Of a stretch of DNA of 64,000 nucleotides, positions 1 to 13,610 are shown one piece after another. The stretch covers positions 5,952,001-6,016,000 of the forward strand of contig NC_043008.1 of assembly GCF_006345805.1 (NCBI RefSeq). Reading direction: 5' to 3'. A program made the translations under genes and the position numbers. The notes beneath the pieces were generated by a model. The model was given only the letters and a program-made list of their open reading frames with translations, was not told the origin of the DNA and searched no databases. The number at the start of each line of letters is the position of its first letter. Within the stretch, counting starts at the first letter, position 1. Origin of the DNA: Octopus sinensis (taxonomy: Eukaryota).

Positions 1-19
1 ACATACATGTGTGTATGTG

Positions 20-57
<38 letters not shown>

Positions 58-760
58 TATATACATATATGTATATATTATATATATATACTTACACACA
101 TACGCACATTATATATTTGTATATATTGTTATTAGATACTGATACAAGTTTTTGAATCCTGAGTTTCACATTTACAATTGTTCAAATTGTTTACAGAATC
201 AGAACGGTGTAAACTCAGAGCTACAATCCAAGAAGCTTCAGATTCTAATAAAATACAAACACAACACCTTTATTTATTCAATACTTTTTCCCATTTGTGA
301 ATGCAAATGTCCAGTAATCCCTATACATATAAATACACATGTATGTATGTGTGTGTGTATGTGTATGTATATATATATATATATATATATATACTTTCAC
401 ACTATGTTGGAAAACAACCCAGAGGAGTACTCAATGCATACATAGAGTGCAGTAATCTAAGCCTGTAGGCTTAAATACCATACATATATATATAATGTGT
501 GTGTGTGTATATCCATACATGTATATACATGCATGTATGCCTACATATATATATACATACACATATATATGATTATATATATTTGTATATATGTATTTAT
601 ACACATGTTTATATATTTGTATATGTATATACATATAAACATATATTTGCACATATAAAACATATATAAATATATATTTGCATATGTATATATACACACA
701 TATATAAATATTTGCATATATATACATAATATATATGTATAATTATATATATGTCTACGT
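1..760. repeat. compound (TA)n/(CA)n/(TG)n microsatellite tract
   Basis: Directly visible alternating dinucleotide runs. The overlapping Y/I/M/C/V-rich ORFs are translation artefacts. Confidence 0.95.
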
Positions 761-1552
761 ATATTTCAAAGCATGCACAAACACAGATTTACAAAAAAAA
801 GAAAAAGAAAAAAAAAACAAAAAAAAAAACAAAACAAAACAAAAGAACCCAATTAATGAGAACCAACCTGATATCTTTAAAGGTTCTGTTTGAATCTGTA
901 GCAAATCAAATTTATTGAACTAAAACAGATGAGAATTAAACCACGAAAATTGTGATAATTTCTCATTTCTTTCAATTAACGATTATTTTGTTGCCAATTT
1001 TTTTATTTTTCCAACTTTTCCTTCTATATGCTTTGTCACAAAATTATATACGTCCAGCCATGGATAGAATAGATTTGATATTTATTTATATGAGGAAGCT
1101 GGTTTATTAATCAACATTTTATAGGCCAGGCATTTGATGCTGTCTGTTGCAGCAGCAGCTATCAAACAACAGGTTATGTTACAATGAAATAGAGCCGTTA
1201 AGAGAGTGAGAGTAAATGAAAAATTAAAGATAAAATAATGAAACAAACAACAAAACAGCATCAAAACAAGTCTTTATATAACTTGTCTGTTCGTCTACGG
1301 CTAAATGCCCCTTAAACTAATTTACTTTGATCTACCTGAACACATTTGTTTTATGTGGTTTATTTTGTCATTTGTCTGGCAGTAGTTACTAATCCATTTG
1401 ATTTGGTTGGTGAAAGTGTTTTCTTAGCTAAACAGTTATAGAATTAACACAGCTAAATGGTAGGTTATTTTCAGTTTCCTATTTAAACGCTTTCATCCAG
1501 CCATTAAACATTTCTCTTATTCTGTCTCACTATCAAACACTTCCTACTTATT

Positions 1553-1554
1553 GC

Positions 1555-1592
<38 letters not shown>

Positions 1593-1651
1593 GTGTGTGT
1601 GTATACATATGTATATATATATATATATACGTATATATGTGTATATATATG

Positions 1652-1721
<70 letters not shown>

Positions 1722-1890
1722 TATATGTATATGTATATATATGTATATATATATATGTATTTGTATGTATGTTCATTTGCAGCTTCATATCCTTGTTTTT
1801 TTTGCATATTTAACATAAGGCGCATATCCTTGTTCTTTTTATATACTTTCAGCTTTTTCTTTATATGTATATATAATATACATATATAAG
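1553..1890. repeat. compound (TG)n/(TA)n microsatellite
   Basis: Directly visible dinucleotide runs. Confidence 0.95.
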
Positions 1891-3535
1891 AATTGTTGAA
1901 AGGACTGGGAAACATTTTCTTTTAAATAAATTTAAAGAAATAAAAAAGAAGCCTCTTAAATTTTAGTTTCAAACTGGAAATCTAATGCCAACAGTTTGAT
2001 TATGGTCTTTGTTATATTAAGAAATCTAATCCAAAGGAAAAAGAAAAATCTTTGGTTACATTTTGATGGATTTATTTACTTTTGTTGAGACTCTACCATA
2101 GTTAATAACGTTTTTCTACTCAAAACATTTGCGACTATTTCTATTGTTATACTTTATTCTTTGTGATTGCGTTGTTAGTGTTAGTTCCACTTTAAACACA
2201 ACGATCAGTTCCTGAATGCTAGAATCTTTGTCTTCTATTCACCAGACAATAGATTGTTGATTCTGTTGACAGTGAGCACCAGTCCATGCCACAACAAATT
2301 CGGAGTTAATTTTACCAGCATTTTTGCTTTTTTTCTGAAATATGTTCCAAAAGCTAACCTGAAAAATAGTTTCCTTTTTGTTTGTCAAATATTTTGTTTC
2401 TGGATTTTATTTTTTTAAACAGAAATCTTTTAATTCCTTCAATTTTTTTTCTATTCACTAAAAATGATGGCTTCCATTTTCTCCTCAATATTCTTGTTTT
2501 AATTGTTGTTCTTCCGATGCAGAAAGTATGTGGACAATTTTAGTATCAAGTTTGCTTCCAGTTATGATTAAAAAGCATAAAATTAAAAATAATAATAAAG
2601 GCTTCTTTTTTTTTTGTTTTCAAATCATTTCAAAGAAAATTATCTGTTTTTAAAAGTGTCTGTTCGTATAGTTTGGCTTCATTTCTCTTTTAAAATATTC
2701 ATTATAATAATTTTAATTTTTTCTTTTTAAATATTTTACTCTATATATTGGTTTAGTAAGGAAACCACCAAAATGGTTCTGCTGCCAGTGGATGAAATCA
2801 ATTTTTCCTTCAAATTTATATTTTTTTAGTGTTTTTTTTTTTTTTGATACTTCAAACAGAAAAATGGAATAAAATAAATGTATTTTATACAAGAACACAG
2901 AAAAAATTTCCAATTCTTAGATAGACCTCCCTTCCCCTCAGAAAGCTCCATTCAACTAAAAAAAAAAAAAAGTTATCAATCTCTGTTGTTTCTCTGCTCA
3001 GGAGATTTCTCAATGCACACTCGGGGCCCAAACTTTCCACAGCCTACTTCAGGTTTGCCAATATTTTCAAAGTGCAAAACACTTCAATAATTTGGTATTG
3101 TGTTATCCAAGATTGGTCCTAAATAATGATTATAAAAAAAAAAAAATTAATAATAGTAAAACCCAACTCCTTTTCCGTTCGTGTACTCCTCCTTAGCCTC
3201 CTCCTCCACCTCGTCCCCTCAGTTCAATAGATTTGTGTATCTTTCCAACACTGTCTTCTTTCACCTCTTACCTTTCTCTCTGCTCCATCTTTAACCTTGT
3301 CTAATTCACTTGCATTGCTAATAAGGCAGACCCTCAAATATCTAATTTGACATTTTTCATGATAAAAGATAGTAGGGGGGTGGGGTGGGGAGCAGATTGG
3401 AGTATGTTAGCTTTAATAAAAATGATGCTTCAAAGGTGGGAAAATGGTTTCTTCTTTTGCTTGTAAATATGTAAGGCCATAAAACAAAACATTAACAATT
3501 AAAAGCAAAACTTAAAATGCTAGAATAAATAAAGT

Positions 3536-3587
<52 letters not shown>

Positions 3588-6245
3588 CATATGCACACAA
3601 GTCTGGACTTGAGCAGATGTGAGTGCTTTTAGTGTTGGTCCAGCTTGTTTTCATGTTTGCAAATATTAGAATTCAGAGAAATAAAATCATAAATTTCTCA
3701 GTATTTTCAAATTGCTTTCTTAAACTTCTCATGTAAATATTAACAAATTTCTTTAATATATATATATATATGTTTTTCTGCCTTCATTCAAAATCCAAGC
3801 AAAATCTGATGAATTATGATGACAAATATTAATATTGTCATTATTATGAATATTATCTTAAAACTGTCATTATGATGAATACTGTCTTAATATCGTTCAT
3901 CTATACACACTTTATTTACTTTATAGAAGTTTTAAGATTTCTGGTTGCAACTTGCAAAGCAAATTCAGTTTAACTTTATAATAAATCTTATTAAAGCTCA
4001 AATATATTAGTTCATTCAAGACATTTGTGTTATGAAACTTGTAATTTATAATCCTTTAATACCTTCAGAAAGAGTTTGTTCTCATAATGATAATGAAGAA
4101 ACTTATATAAAATGATGGCGGTGGCATTCCTTTAGCGGCTATTTCTAACAACTGAATGGTTTAACACCCACTGTCGTGAAACTCCACTTATATATAGAGA
4201 GAAGTGATTTTGTGACCTGTTTTCTTATTTTTAATTATTTATTAAGGGGAAGGGGCAATCCACAACCAGATGCAGTAATTTCTGTTTAATTCTTTTAGAG
4301 AAGTCGAGTAAAAATCAGCAATCTTCCATAGCAGAACCTAGTTAAATAGTTATGCATACGGTTCTTATCTAGCTTGCTACTAATAATAACAATGTTGCTG
4401 TAATTATTGCATATCAATATCATATAACAGAAAAATCTCCAGCAATAACATTGAATTTCATTTAGTAGTAATTGTGAGAGAGAGAGAGAAGAAAGGATTA
4501 TATAAAATTTTTTTGTGGGGGATGATGACACAGTTTAAACTAGTTTGCTATATAATAAATCAAAATTAAAAAAAAAAAATTATAATAAAGCAAATCAGGT
4601 CAAAGGACATAGGAGGACTGATAGTGATGAGACAGACAGGTGTGTTCAGACAGGTGTGTTCCATGCAGCAATAGACATTTAGTTACAGGATGCTTCAGTG
4701 GATGGTGGTTAATAGCAACAGCTGTGAAATGTCATTCAGTGTTGTTCTCTTGATGAATCTGGGTATTACAGTTTTGCTAAACTTATGCTAAGAGCTCACC
4801 ATTTTCTACTGCAAGGACCACACACACACACACACACACACACATACATATGTATGCATATATAAACATACATATATGTATGTAAATCTTAACATATTTG
4901 TTAGGATTTATGCAGGAAAAAAAAATCTGATTAATGCACACATACATGTTTATATTCAGCCTATGAGTATGTATGCATGCATTTGTAAGTATGTGTGAAA
5001 GTATATATAAGTTCCAATATAAAAGATGTTCTTAGGTTTGGCAGCCATCTGTGTGTGCAAAATACTCTCAAGAATCTGCTGTTACTTCTGACTTTTTTTA
5101 GGCTGTTTATAAATCATATAAACTGGTGTGTTTTTCTTTATTTTTAAGTCTGTATTCCCATCTATCCTTCCTCTCCATTCTGTTCATCTTTCCCGTAAGC
5201 TTCATGGTCAGGATATAAATTTGATGAGACCCCAACATATCACTTGGGTTAACAAGACACAAAATAGGCTGAATGGGAGTAGTCGTGGTGAGAAATTACT
5301 TTCTTCACTACGTTTGTCATTGTAGTTATTATGACCTGCAAAGAAAAAGAAAAAAGAAAAATATAAAATAATTTGTAGCATCATTTCAATTAATTTATTA
5401 AACATAGAAATGTAAATATTAATTTTATATTTTGGGATGGTCATTTTTTTCTTTCAAAATAAATACATGCACTGTATCTTTATTCTTCACTCCAGGCTTA
5501 TTATTGTTCTTAATTTATGTCCTTTGTTTGGAAATCTTTCGTCACACATCCTACAATCTCTTCAGCAACTCTCCATCCTACGTTTTGCCAAAAAAAAAAA
5601 AAAGGACCATCCCGAAATATAACAATATCTGTTTGAACACACGATTTCACATAAGGAATCTCACAAAACAAAAACATAAATGTAATATTTATATAAATCA
5701 AAAGAATGGTTGTGAATTGTTTTAGAGCTGTAAGGCTGTTGAGCTTCTTGCTGAGATCTGTCTATCTTTTGGCAGATTTTTAATTGAAATTTTTGGTTCA
5801 GTTGAACTTCATTAAACCTAGAGCTAAATGCAAATTCTTGTAATAGCAAATATCCAAACTTGACAAACATATTCCACCCACACAAATGAAAAGAGTGAGT
5901 ATCTTTCTTAAGCAGTATGAGAAAAAAATGAACCTGTTTGTTTTTTGTAATAAAAAAACCCTCAAAAAACATACTTATAAAACTTCATAACCCATCTCTT
6001 TACAAGAGAAAGCTGGATAAATTCCTCAAGAAACAATGGTCATGTCAATTGATTCTTTCTTGTATAAAGTGCTGAAAGCATTTCCAGTATAATGTGCTAA
6101 TCTTAGCAATATTTTGCTTTTGATAAGTTATTTTCTTTTTTTTTTAATTGATGCCAAAATATATTCTTTAAGTCACTAAATTGTTTGTATCACTTCTATC
6201 ATAGTTACATCATTAGCAATATCAATCCTGGAACATATATCTATT

Positions 6246-6533
6246 TCAGTTATATATCTAAGAGATTAGGAATTATGTACATTATTTACATTTGACGGAT
6301 ATTTGTCTTCATCTTGTTTGTTGTTAACACATTTCGGCTGATATACCCTCCAGCCTTCATCAGGTGTCTTGGGGAAATTTCGAACCTGAGTTCTCATTCC
6401 TAAGGTATTTTTTTCTCAATGTTATTATTATCATTACTCTTATTATTCAGTGCCTGGAATCAAACTTGAAATCTTGGGGTTAAGAGCGCGGGCTACTAAC
6501 CCCAAGATTCCAGGTTTGATTCCAGGTAGTGAT

Positions 6534-6571
<38 letters not shown>

Positions 6572-6712
6572 CGTGGAAAATACCTTAGGAATGAGAACCC
6601 AGGTTCGAAATTTCCCCAAGACACTTGATGAAGGCTGGAGGGTATATCAGCGAAACGTTGTATTAACAACAAACAACAAACAAGATGAGGACAAATATCC
6701 ATCAAATGTATA
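6246..6712. mobile_element. head-to-head inverted dimer of a tRNA-head/(AAT)n/hammerhead-tail non-autonomous retroelement (Penelope-associated SINE-like), older copy
   Basis: 6246-6420 is the reverse complement of the 6575-6712 family tail (taccttaggaatgagaacccaggttcgaaatttccccaagacac...caagatgaggacaaatatcc). The centre holds two opposed tRNA-like heads (gttaagagcgcgggctactaaccccaagattccaggtttgattccagg) with an internal deletion. Same family as 38153-38656. Confidence 0.8.
6620..6664 (+). ncRNA. degenerate minimal type I hammerhead ribozyme
   Basis: GACAC-UUGAUGA-A-GGCUG(GAGGGUAUAU)CAGC-GAAAC-GUU-GUAUU. C3>U and one stem II C missing relative to the 38227-38272 copy. Confidence 0.55.
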
Positions 6713-7490
6713 TATCCATTTGTTATATCAGCATACATTCACTGATAACCTTCAAAGACATTAGCTACAAGAAGTATGAAGAAATATCTGCCCTTTGGTA
6801 AAGAACAGAATCCAAGAAAACTCATGGTTACTACTTTGATCCTTCCCAATGCTTCCTTCTCTTTTTAAACAGTGACAAAAGCTTGCACAAGATTAAAATC
6901 TTCCTTCCACCCAGCTATTTCCTCTTTCTCTTGAGTTGTACATTCATAAGGTGCCACCCAATTCCAAGTCACTGATCACTTTCATTTCTATTTTCTACAC
7001 ATAGCTCTCATCTTGGAGATTACCTCAACAGGCATTATTTTCAATAATACCCAAGCATTCTTCAAAATCATACCTAGAGTATTCCAATTCACAGGCCAAT
7101 ATCAGTTTACACAGTCACCATACAGTAATGTTTATCATCAGAGAAACAATATCCCCTGAAAAAGTTTTCTATCTGAAATGTTAGATTCTTTTTCTTTCTT
7201 CTCAAGGCAAGCCACTTTATTACAGTTTACAACTATTTGTATTTCAGTGAAACATACTAATCCCTTCATGTAGCATATAACTTGTTGCTTAACATCTTAG
7301 TAAAATCTTAGTATAGCTAAGATATTTTCTCAGATGGTCTTTACTTAACTTCATATTTTACTCTACTGGGCCTCCATAGCCATTTGATGTATATATATAT
7401 ATATATATATAAAAAAGATCCAACTGTATTTTTATAATTAACTATTATTAAAAACTGTATAAAAAATTAACTTATTTTGTGTATTATAGG

Positions 7491-7909
7491 ATGCTGATGT
7501 GGCCAATGACAGTACCACCTGATTGGCACTTGTGCCAGTGGAATGTTAAAAGCGTGATCATTGCCAGGGCCACGGATTGGCTCCTGTGTACAGGCACATG
7601 TGCTGGTGGCACATAAAAAACAACATTCGAGCATGGTTGTTACCAGTACCGGTGGACTGGCTCCTGTCCAGGTAGAATGTAAAGATGCCTTTTGAGCGTG
7701 GTCGTTGCCAGAACAGCCTGACTGGCCCTCGTGCTAGTGGTACGTAAAAGCACCCATTACACTCTTGGAGTGGTTGGTGTTAAGGGCATCCAGCTGTAGA
7801 AATTTTGCCAGATCAGACTGAGCCTGGTGCAGCCTCTGGCTCGCCAGTCCTCTGTCAAACCGTCCAATCCATGCCAGCATGGAAAGCGGATGTTAAACAA
7901 TGATGATGA
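7491..7909 (+). mobile_element. 5'-truncated RTE-clade LINE 3' end
   Basis: ~60-bp gtgccagtgg/cataaaaagcacc subrepeats, then ggcatccagctgtagaaa...ccatgccagcatggaaagcggatgttaaa and a (GAT)n tail. Same terminus as the ORF-linked copy at 55503-58372. Confidence 0.8.
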
Positions 7910-9689
7910 AGCAAGTTATTGCACATAAATTTTAACAACAAAATCTTATGTGGCCTCATCCAAGGGCCACATGGATCCTCGTTGAAAGCCACTTATTTAG
8001 CTGAACCATACTTCAAACTAAACAACAAACTCCTAAACTTCTTTATTTTAGTCAACAGCTGTGTATTGTCATCTTTAAAGATTACTGGGTTCTAGCTTGG
8101 TACCAGTAAGAAGTGGCATTTAAGCTTAATTTACTTTTGCTTCTAAATGTTGTTTCTAAAGATTCCAACAATAATTGAAGAATATACAGACATTATTAAT
8201 TGATCAAGACAATAGCTGAGGTGAAATTTCGTTTTAATATTATTACAGAATTCACACGTTTCTTGAAAATCTAACACATTTTGTTTCATATTTTTCACTG
8301 AATCCACCCTTTTCTACCAGACTACCGTGTGAATAGCATAGTGAAAATTACAAGTTATTTTGTAGCATTCCTAAATGATATTTACTGATATTAACTGAAA
8401 TTACAACTTTCAAAGACTTAATTTAGGATGTCAGACATTCAATAAATGTATTAATAGCAAAATGATGGTGCTTTTGTGTCTAAAATGTAACCAAGCAATA
8501 TATTATTGTCTTTTCATGTTTACAGTTTGGAACAAAGTGAAAGAAACATTGTGTTTTTCTTATAAATTTCATTCGAAATAAACTTGAGACCAAACAAACA
8601 AAACGAGAGAATTAAATGGAAGAATACACAACAAATATTGTTCAATGTAATCACCATTTCAATCGTTTAGAATTTAATCACTGAGAAAATATTTGTAGCT
8701 TTTACCTCTGTGTTTTATTCAAAGAATAAGGATAAACCCATTACTTTTATTGGAAAAGTAAGAATGTGATTAATATATATTTTTTAATATTTTAAAATTA
8801 TCAGCAATCTTTTACTTCCAGTAGAAATGAATATTTTATTTGACGTCCAATGTTTGAATGGATTTAAGATATATTATTTCTTTAGAACTACTGTTCTGCT
8901 AAAATAAACACTGAAATTTCTTTTATCATTAGTATTTCATTATTGAAATGTTAAACTATATGTATATGATATCAAAAAAATTGGTCGACATAAAAGACGT
9001 GCCACACTTATGCTTCTCTTACATTTCAACTAAGCTTAATATTTCACTATGTTCTTTGTAGATTAAAATGGTTTGGTATATTAGAAAGGTAAGCTTTGTT
9101 AACTGGAGAAGTGGCTTCAGCAGGTGATACATAAATTATAGGAGAATTGTCTTCACTTGGAGCATCATCATAATATCAAACAATCACCTGACAAAACTGT
9201 AACAAGTTGAAATGACTTAGAATATTACATGATTTTTGTTCTTGGGTAGCAATTGTTATTTCCTCTTTGCTTACCCCTAGAAAGTATGAAAAATGGTTAA
9301 TATTTCCTTCAAATTTTGTTTCTCTTACATTTATTCAAACCCCAAAGAATCCCTCTTAACACATGGTTATGATGCTCCCCAACTACTTCTGCTCATGATC
9401 AGAGATGCACAGATTGTCAGCCACTAAGGGACATGCTCAAGTGGTTAAGATCATGCAAGTCTGTGGTATGGAGCAGAATATTTGCTATAATTATATTTCT
9501 GCTTCAGCAACTCAGCACTGAATCTGTCTGAAATGTAATGGAAAATAGGTCAGTTTTAAAACCTTGATGTCCAGGTCATAAAAGCAAAGATTGAAAGCAA
9601 TGGTAGTCATTTCCTTTGATTTCTAGACAGAAGCAAAGGGAAATAACACTTACTGACCAAAGACATATAAATAAAATAAAGTACACATA

Positions 9690-10106
9690 GGCACAGGAGT
9701 AGCTGTGTGGTAAGTCACTTGCTTACTAACCACATGGTTCCGGGTTCAGTCCTACTGCGTGACACCTTGGGCAAGTGTATACTACTATAGCCTCGGGCTG
9801 ACCAAAGCCTTGTGAATGGATTTGGTAGACAGAAACTGAAAGAAGCCCATCATATATATATGTGTGTGTGTGTGTATATATAAGTTTGTATGTGTTTCTG
9901 TGCCTGTGTTTGTCCCATCAACATTGCTTGACAACCGATGCTGATGTGTTTACGTCCCAATAACTTAGTGGTTCGGCAAAAGAGACCGATAGAATAAGTA
10001 CTAGGCTTACAAAGAATAAGTTCTGGGGTCGATTTGCTTGACTAAAGGCAGTGCTCCAGCATGGCCACGGTCAAATGACTGAAACAAGTAAAAGAGTAAA
10101 GAGAGT
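9690..10106 (+). mobile_element. tRNA-derived SINE, family A, full length
   Basis: A-box-like tagctgtgtgg and B-box-like ggttcagtcc, body accttgggcaagtg...gaaactgaaagaagcccatc, internal microsatellite, 3' end aaatgactgaaacaagtaaaagag. About 8 copies in the window. Confidence 0.85.
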
Positions 10107-10546
10107 ATTGTGGGAGAATTGTTTTACTTGGCACCGCATCATAATGTCACACAACCATCCTACAAAACTGTGACCGGCTGAAATGACTTCAATGAGTCAC
10201 AAAATATTTGATGTAATGTTTACAATTTCGTAATAGTGAATTGTCTTCATCTCAATTACTAAATCTCTACATATATAAATAATAGTTTACTAACATGCTT
10301 TTTAGTAAACTATTAAGTTGCAATTCCAATGTCTGGTTGTAACTATTTGATATCATTTATATTGTTAAGTCTTATAATGTTAACAGTCCCATTCCATCTG
10401 CCTCCCACCTTGAAGTCAATAGGGTGAAACACTCAGTGACGTTGCTGAGTGTTGATTCTAAAAATCAAACACGACCAGTTATACCAAACATTGATAACAT
10501 AACTTTGATGCACATGTGTGGATAAAAATATTCACTTTATTATTGG

Positions 10547-10582
<36 letters not shown>

Positions 10583-10587
<5 letters not shown>

Positions 10588-10774
10588 AGAGTTTACAAAA
10601 AAAAAACAAAAGATGAAGGCAGGTGGTGTAGAAAACAAACAGATGTATTAGTATAACGCTCAGGAATAAAAAAAGTCTTTTACGTTTCAAGCCTACGCTC
10701 TTCTACAGAAAGGCACACAGAAAAAAACAAGGAGAGAAAAAAGTGTGTGTAGTGGCTAATGATCTATCATGGCG
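10583..10774 (-). mobile_element. short Penelope-like non-autonomous element (family B) carrying a hammerhead-like motif, adjacent to (TA)n
   Basis: Homologous to 17075-17165, 19231-19378 and 52233-52318. Contains the motif at 10677-10713. Confidence 0.65.
10677..10713 (-). ncRNA. minimal type I hammerhead, A6U core variant
   Basis: Minus strand: C-CUUU-CUGUAGA-A-GAGC(GUAG)GCUU-GAAAC-GUA-AAAG. Stem I is CUUU/AAAG; stem III is a loopless ACGU palindrome. Confidence 0.6.
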
Positions 10775-11019
10775 TCTGTTCTACCAATTATAAATGTTTT
10801 TATTATTTTTTTGCAGTTTACTTAATCATTGGTATTTTATTGTTATTTTAATTTTAATATTTCTATTATATGTAATTTTCTAGATGGTGTAACATTTTGA
10901 ATTGATAAAAGGTGGGTTTTTCTAATTTTTTATATATATATTATATTGTGTGAAATTTGATTTAGTATTTCTAAATTGAATTTTTTCCCTGTAAGTTAGG
11001 ATTAATATTCCCTAAATAA

Positions 11020-11057
<38 letters not shown>

Positions 11058-11059
<2 letters not shown>

Positions 11060-11188
11060 CATTTAATGTCCATTGTCCATACTGGCATGGGTTGGACAGT
11101 GTGACCTGAGCTGGCAAGCTGAGGGTCTGCACCAAATTTCAGTCTGATATGGCATGGTTTCTATGGCTGGATGCCCCTCCTAATACCA
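11058..11188 (-). mobile_element. RTE 3' end fragment (degenerate)
   Basis: atcatttaatgtcc...ctggcatgggttggacag...ggatgcccctcctaat matches the RTE terminus in reverse. Confidence 0.7.
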
Positions 11189-11936
11189 TGTATATATTAT
11201 GGTTTTACTCTAAGTAGAAGTAAGAAACCTAGTTATTATTATTATTTTTGTTTAATGTTTCTGACAAAGGCACAGAACCATTAGTCTGAAAGTTTAATAG
11301 AAACACACAAATGTAATTCTATAAAAGAAAGTTAATTTTATATGAATTGGTTCATTTTAAAATTTAGCCTTCCATACTTTCATGGGGCATCTTCAAGTAT
11401 TCTTCCATACTTCTCCAAATTATTCTAGCATGAAAATGTTCAGCTTAATAAATAAAAGATTTTGAGTTTGTGGCATACAATTCTTTGAGCCACTCAGCCA
11501 TGTATCAGACTTTTATAAGACTGTCAGATACATCTCCAATTCTCAGCTAGACTTCTGGCATATATGCAACACAAAATCTCCATTAATACTTTTCTAACCT
11601 AATGACATAGAAATAAATATTTGTTTGCTTTAACTCAATGCAGACAACATGAATGTGTATTAAATAATGTAGAGATACGCTCTCGGCAAGCCATGTTGGA
11701 TATGTCTCACTTCCTGACAACATCATTTTTTGTGGTGAGTTACCTCATTAAACTATTTTGTGTGTATGAGGATGTGTGTGTGTGTGTGTGCATGACATTA
11801 TCCAAGATATGAAAGCTTTACTACACTTTCTGTACAGATTTGCTTCTCATGCAGGGAAATTGCAATCTTTAGAAATTGCGTTTGTTAAGTATTAAAGTGA
11901 CCATCACATCTAAAAACAAACATAGGACTGAAGGAA

Positions 11937-11975
<39 letters not shown>

Positions 11976-12754
11976 GCCTAATTGCCACATACAACACATA
12001 ACCACAGATACAACAATCTCCTACAACACACCTCTATTGAGCAGCCTAAAATTCCTGTTCAAAAATGTGTTATCAAATACACAGTTTACAGAAAAAACAC
12101 ATGGACACAAAGCACAATTTTACCAAAAATTTTATTACAGATGCTGCCAAAGCCCAGTTTTTGTTATATGATCTAATAATTATTAAGGCACTAATTGAAG
12201 CATCTTCATTTAGTTTTTCAGTGAAATGTAACCAGAAGAAAATGTGCAGCATTTAAGGTTGTGCTGAAGACAACAGTAAGCCAGCCTGTTTAACATCTAA
12301 CACATCCGACAAATCTTACATTCATATTGAATAATAGAACCTCTTTACTCAAATGCATAAACACAAAAGGATTGATATCTTTTTTTAAGGAAGACAAGTA
12401 GAATTGAAATCTAACTTCTTCCTGCATCAACTGATATTATATTTCTATTAACTCAGTGCAAAACAAGCTTTTTTATGTTTGCTCAATACAGACTAAGTTT
12501 TGCCAGCCACTGCTATCATACCAACCATGCTTGCCTACAAATCTTAGAAGCACCTACTCACAGCACAACTTCGCTGCATGTTAGTACTACAATAAAAAAT
12601 AATTCTCCAAATGCATTAACACGTTAACCCTACCACTAGAGTCCACTTCTCATACCATTGCTAATCCCTGCCTACAAAGACAAAATGCACCAAGCAATGG
12701 CTGGTTCAACTGTTAGCCAGTATTAACCCTTTACTGTTCAGATTATTCTATCAA

Positions 12755-13333
12755 AGGTTTCAGTCTCAGGTAGGGATTGGGAAAAGATCTCATTTAGTTT
12801 TATTTTTTCTGTAAATGGAGAAGGAGCAAAAAAAATAAACACTGAATACTTTTACAAAGAGCCTCATCAGTATAGGCCAGGATTGAACCTTTGTTAAAGA
12901 GGTGTTTGTGTTGCTGTGCCCATGTCTTTACCCACAAGACCACTGAGACAACAGCAATAACTAGTTTGAAAATAATGTATTTAAATCTATCAGACTAATA
13001 TAATCACCAATCAATCATTAAAATAGATTTAAATATCTCTTATTTTGTATAAGTAGCATTACGGGCCTTGTCGCCCAGTAGATAAGGGTGGTTGGTTACA
13101 AACAAGACAGTGGGGGTAGCTGGAGGTTTCAGTCTCAGGTAGAGATTGTGAAAAGATCTCATTTAGTTTTTTTTTTTTTTCTGTAAATGGAGAAGGGGAA
13201 AAAAAAAACTGAATACTTAGGCCAAGATTGAACCTTTGTTAAAGAGGTTTGTACATTGCAGTGTCCATGTCTTTACCCACAAGACCATTGAGACAATAGC
13301 AATAGCTAGTTTGAAAATGATATATTTAAATCT
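12755..13333. repeat. local direct duplication (~235 bp and ~210 bp copies)
   Basis: ggtttcagtctcaggtag...tgaacctttgttaaagagg...ccacaagacca...tatttaaatct occurs at 12755-12990 and 13124-13333. Confidence 0.85.
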
Positions 13334-13610
13334 TATATAGCTATTTGATGTGGTGATGTTCATGGTTTTCTGTGACTTTAGTAATATTTCAGGGGAGAAT
13401 GTGAAATGCTCCAGAACACAACATGCTACCTGATTCAGGAATTGATCTCACAGCCTTAATGATTATAAGCTGAACACCCTAACCACAAGGCCATGCACTT
13501 TCATGGCAAAGTCAGTAGAGTGATGGGCTGATTTCCATTTATATCCTGGGTTCAAGTCCTGCAAAGTCCAGCTTAGCCTTTCATTCTTCTGGGGTCAATA
13601 AAATAAAGTA

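Noticed and set aside
1125-1172. 48-nt AG...GT candidate exon (ARHLMLSVAAAAIKQQ), and a 44-nt one at ~42535-42578 (LKNDDEENANETKK)
   Set aside because: Splice signals are mediocre and such short open stretches arise by chance; there is no homology evidence.
152-1915. Many ORFs rich in Y/I/C/V/M/H/T (also 19836-20315, 23434-23955, 48763-49455)
   Set aside because: They are translations of dinucleotide or tetranucleotide microsatellites.
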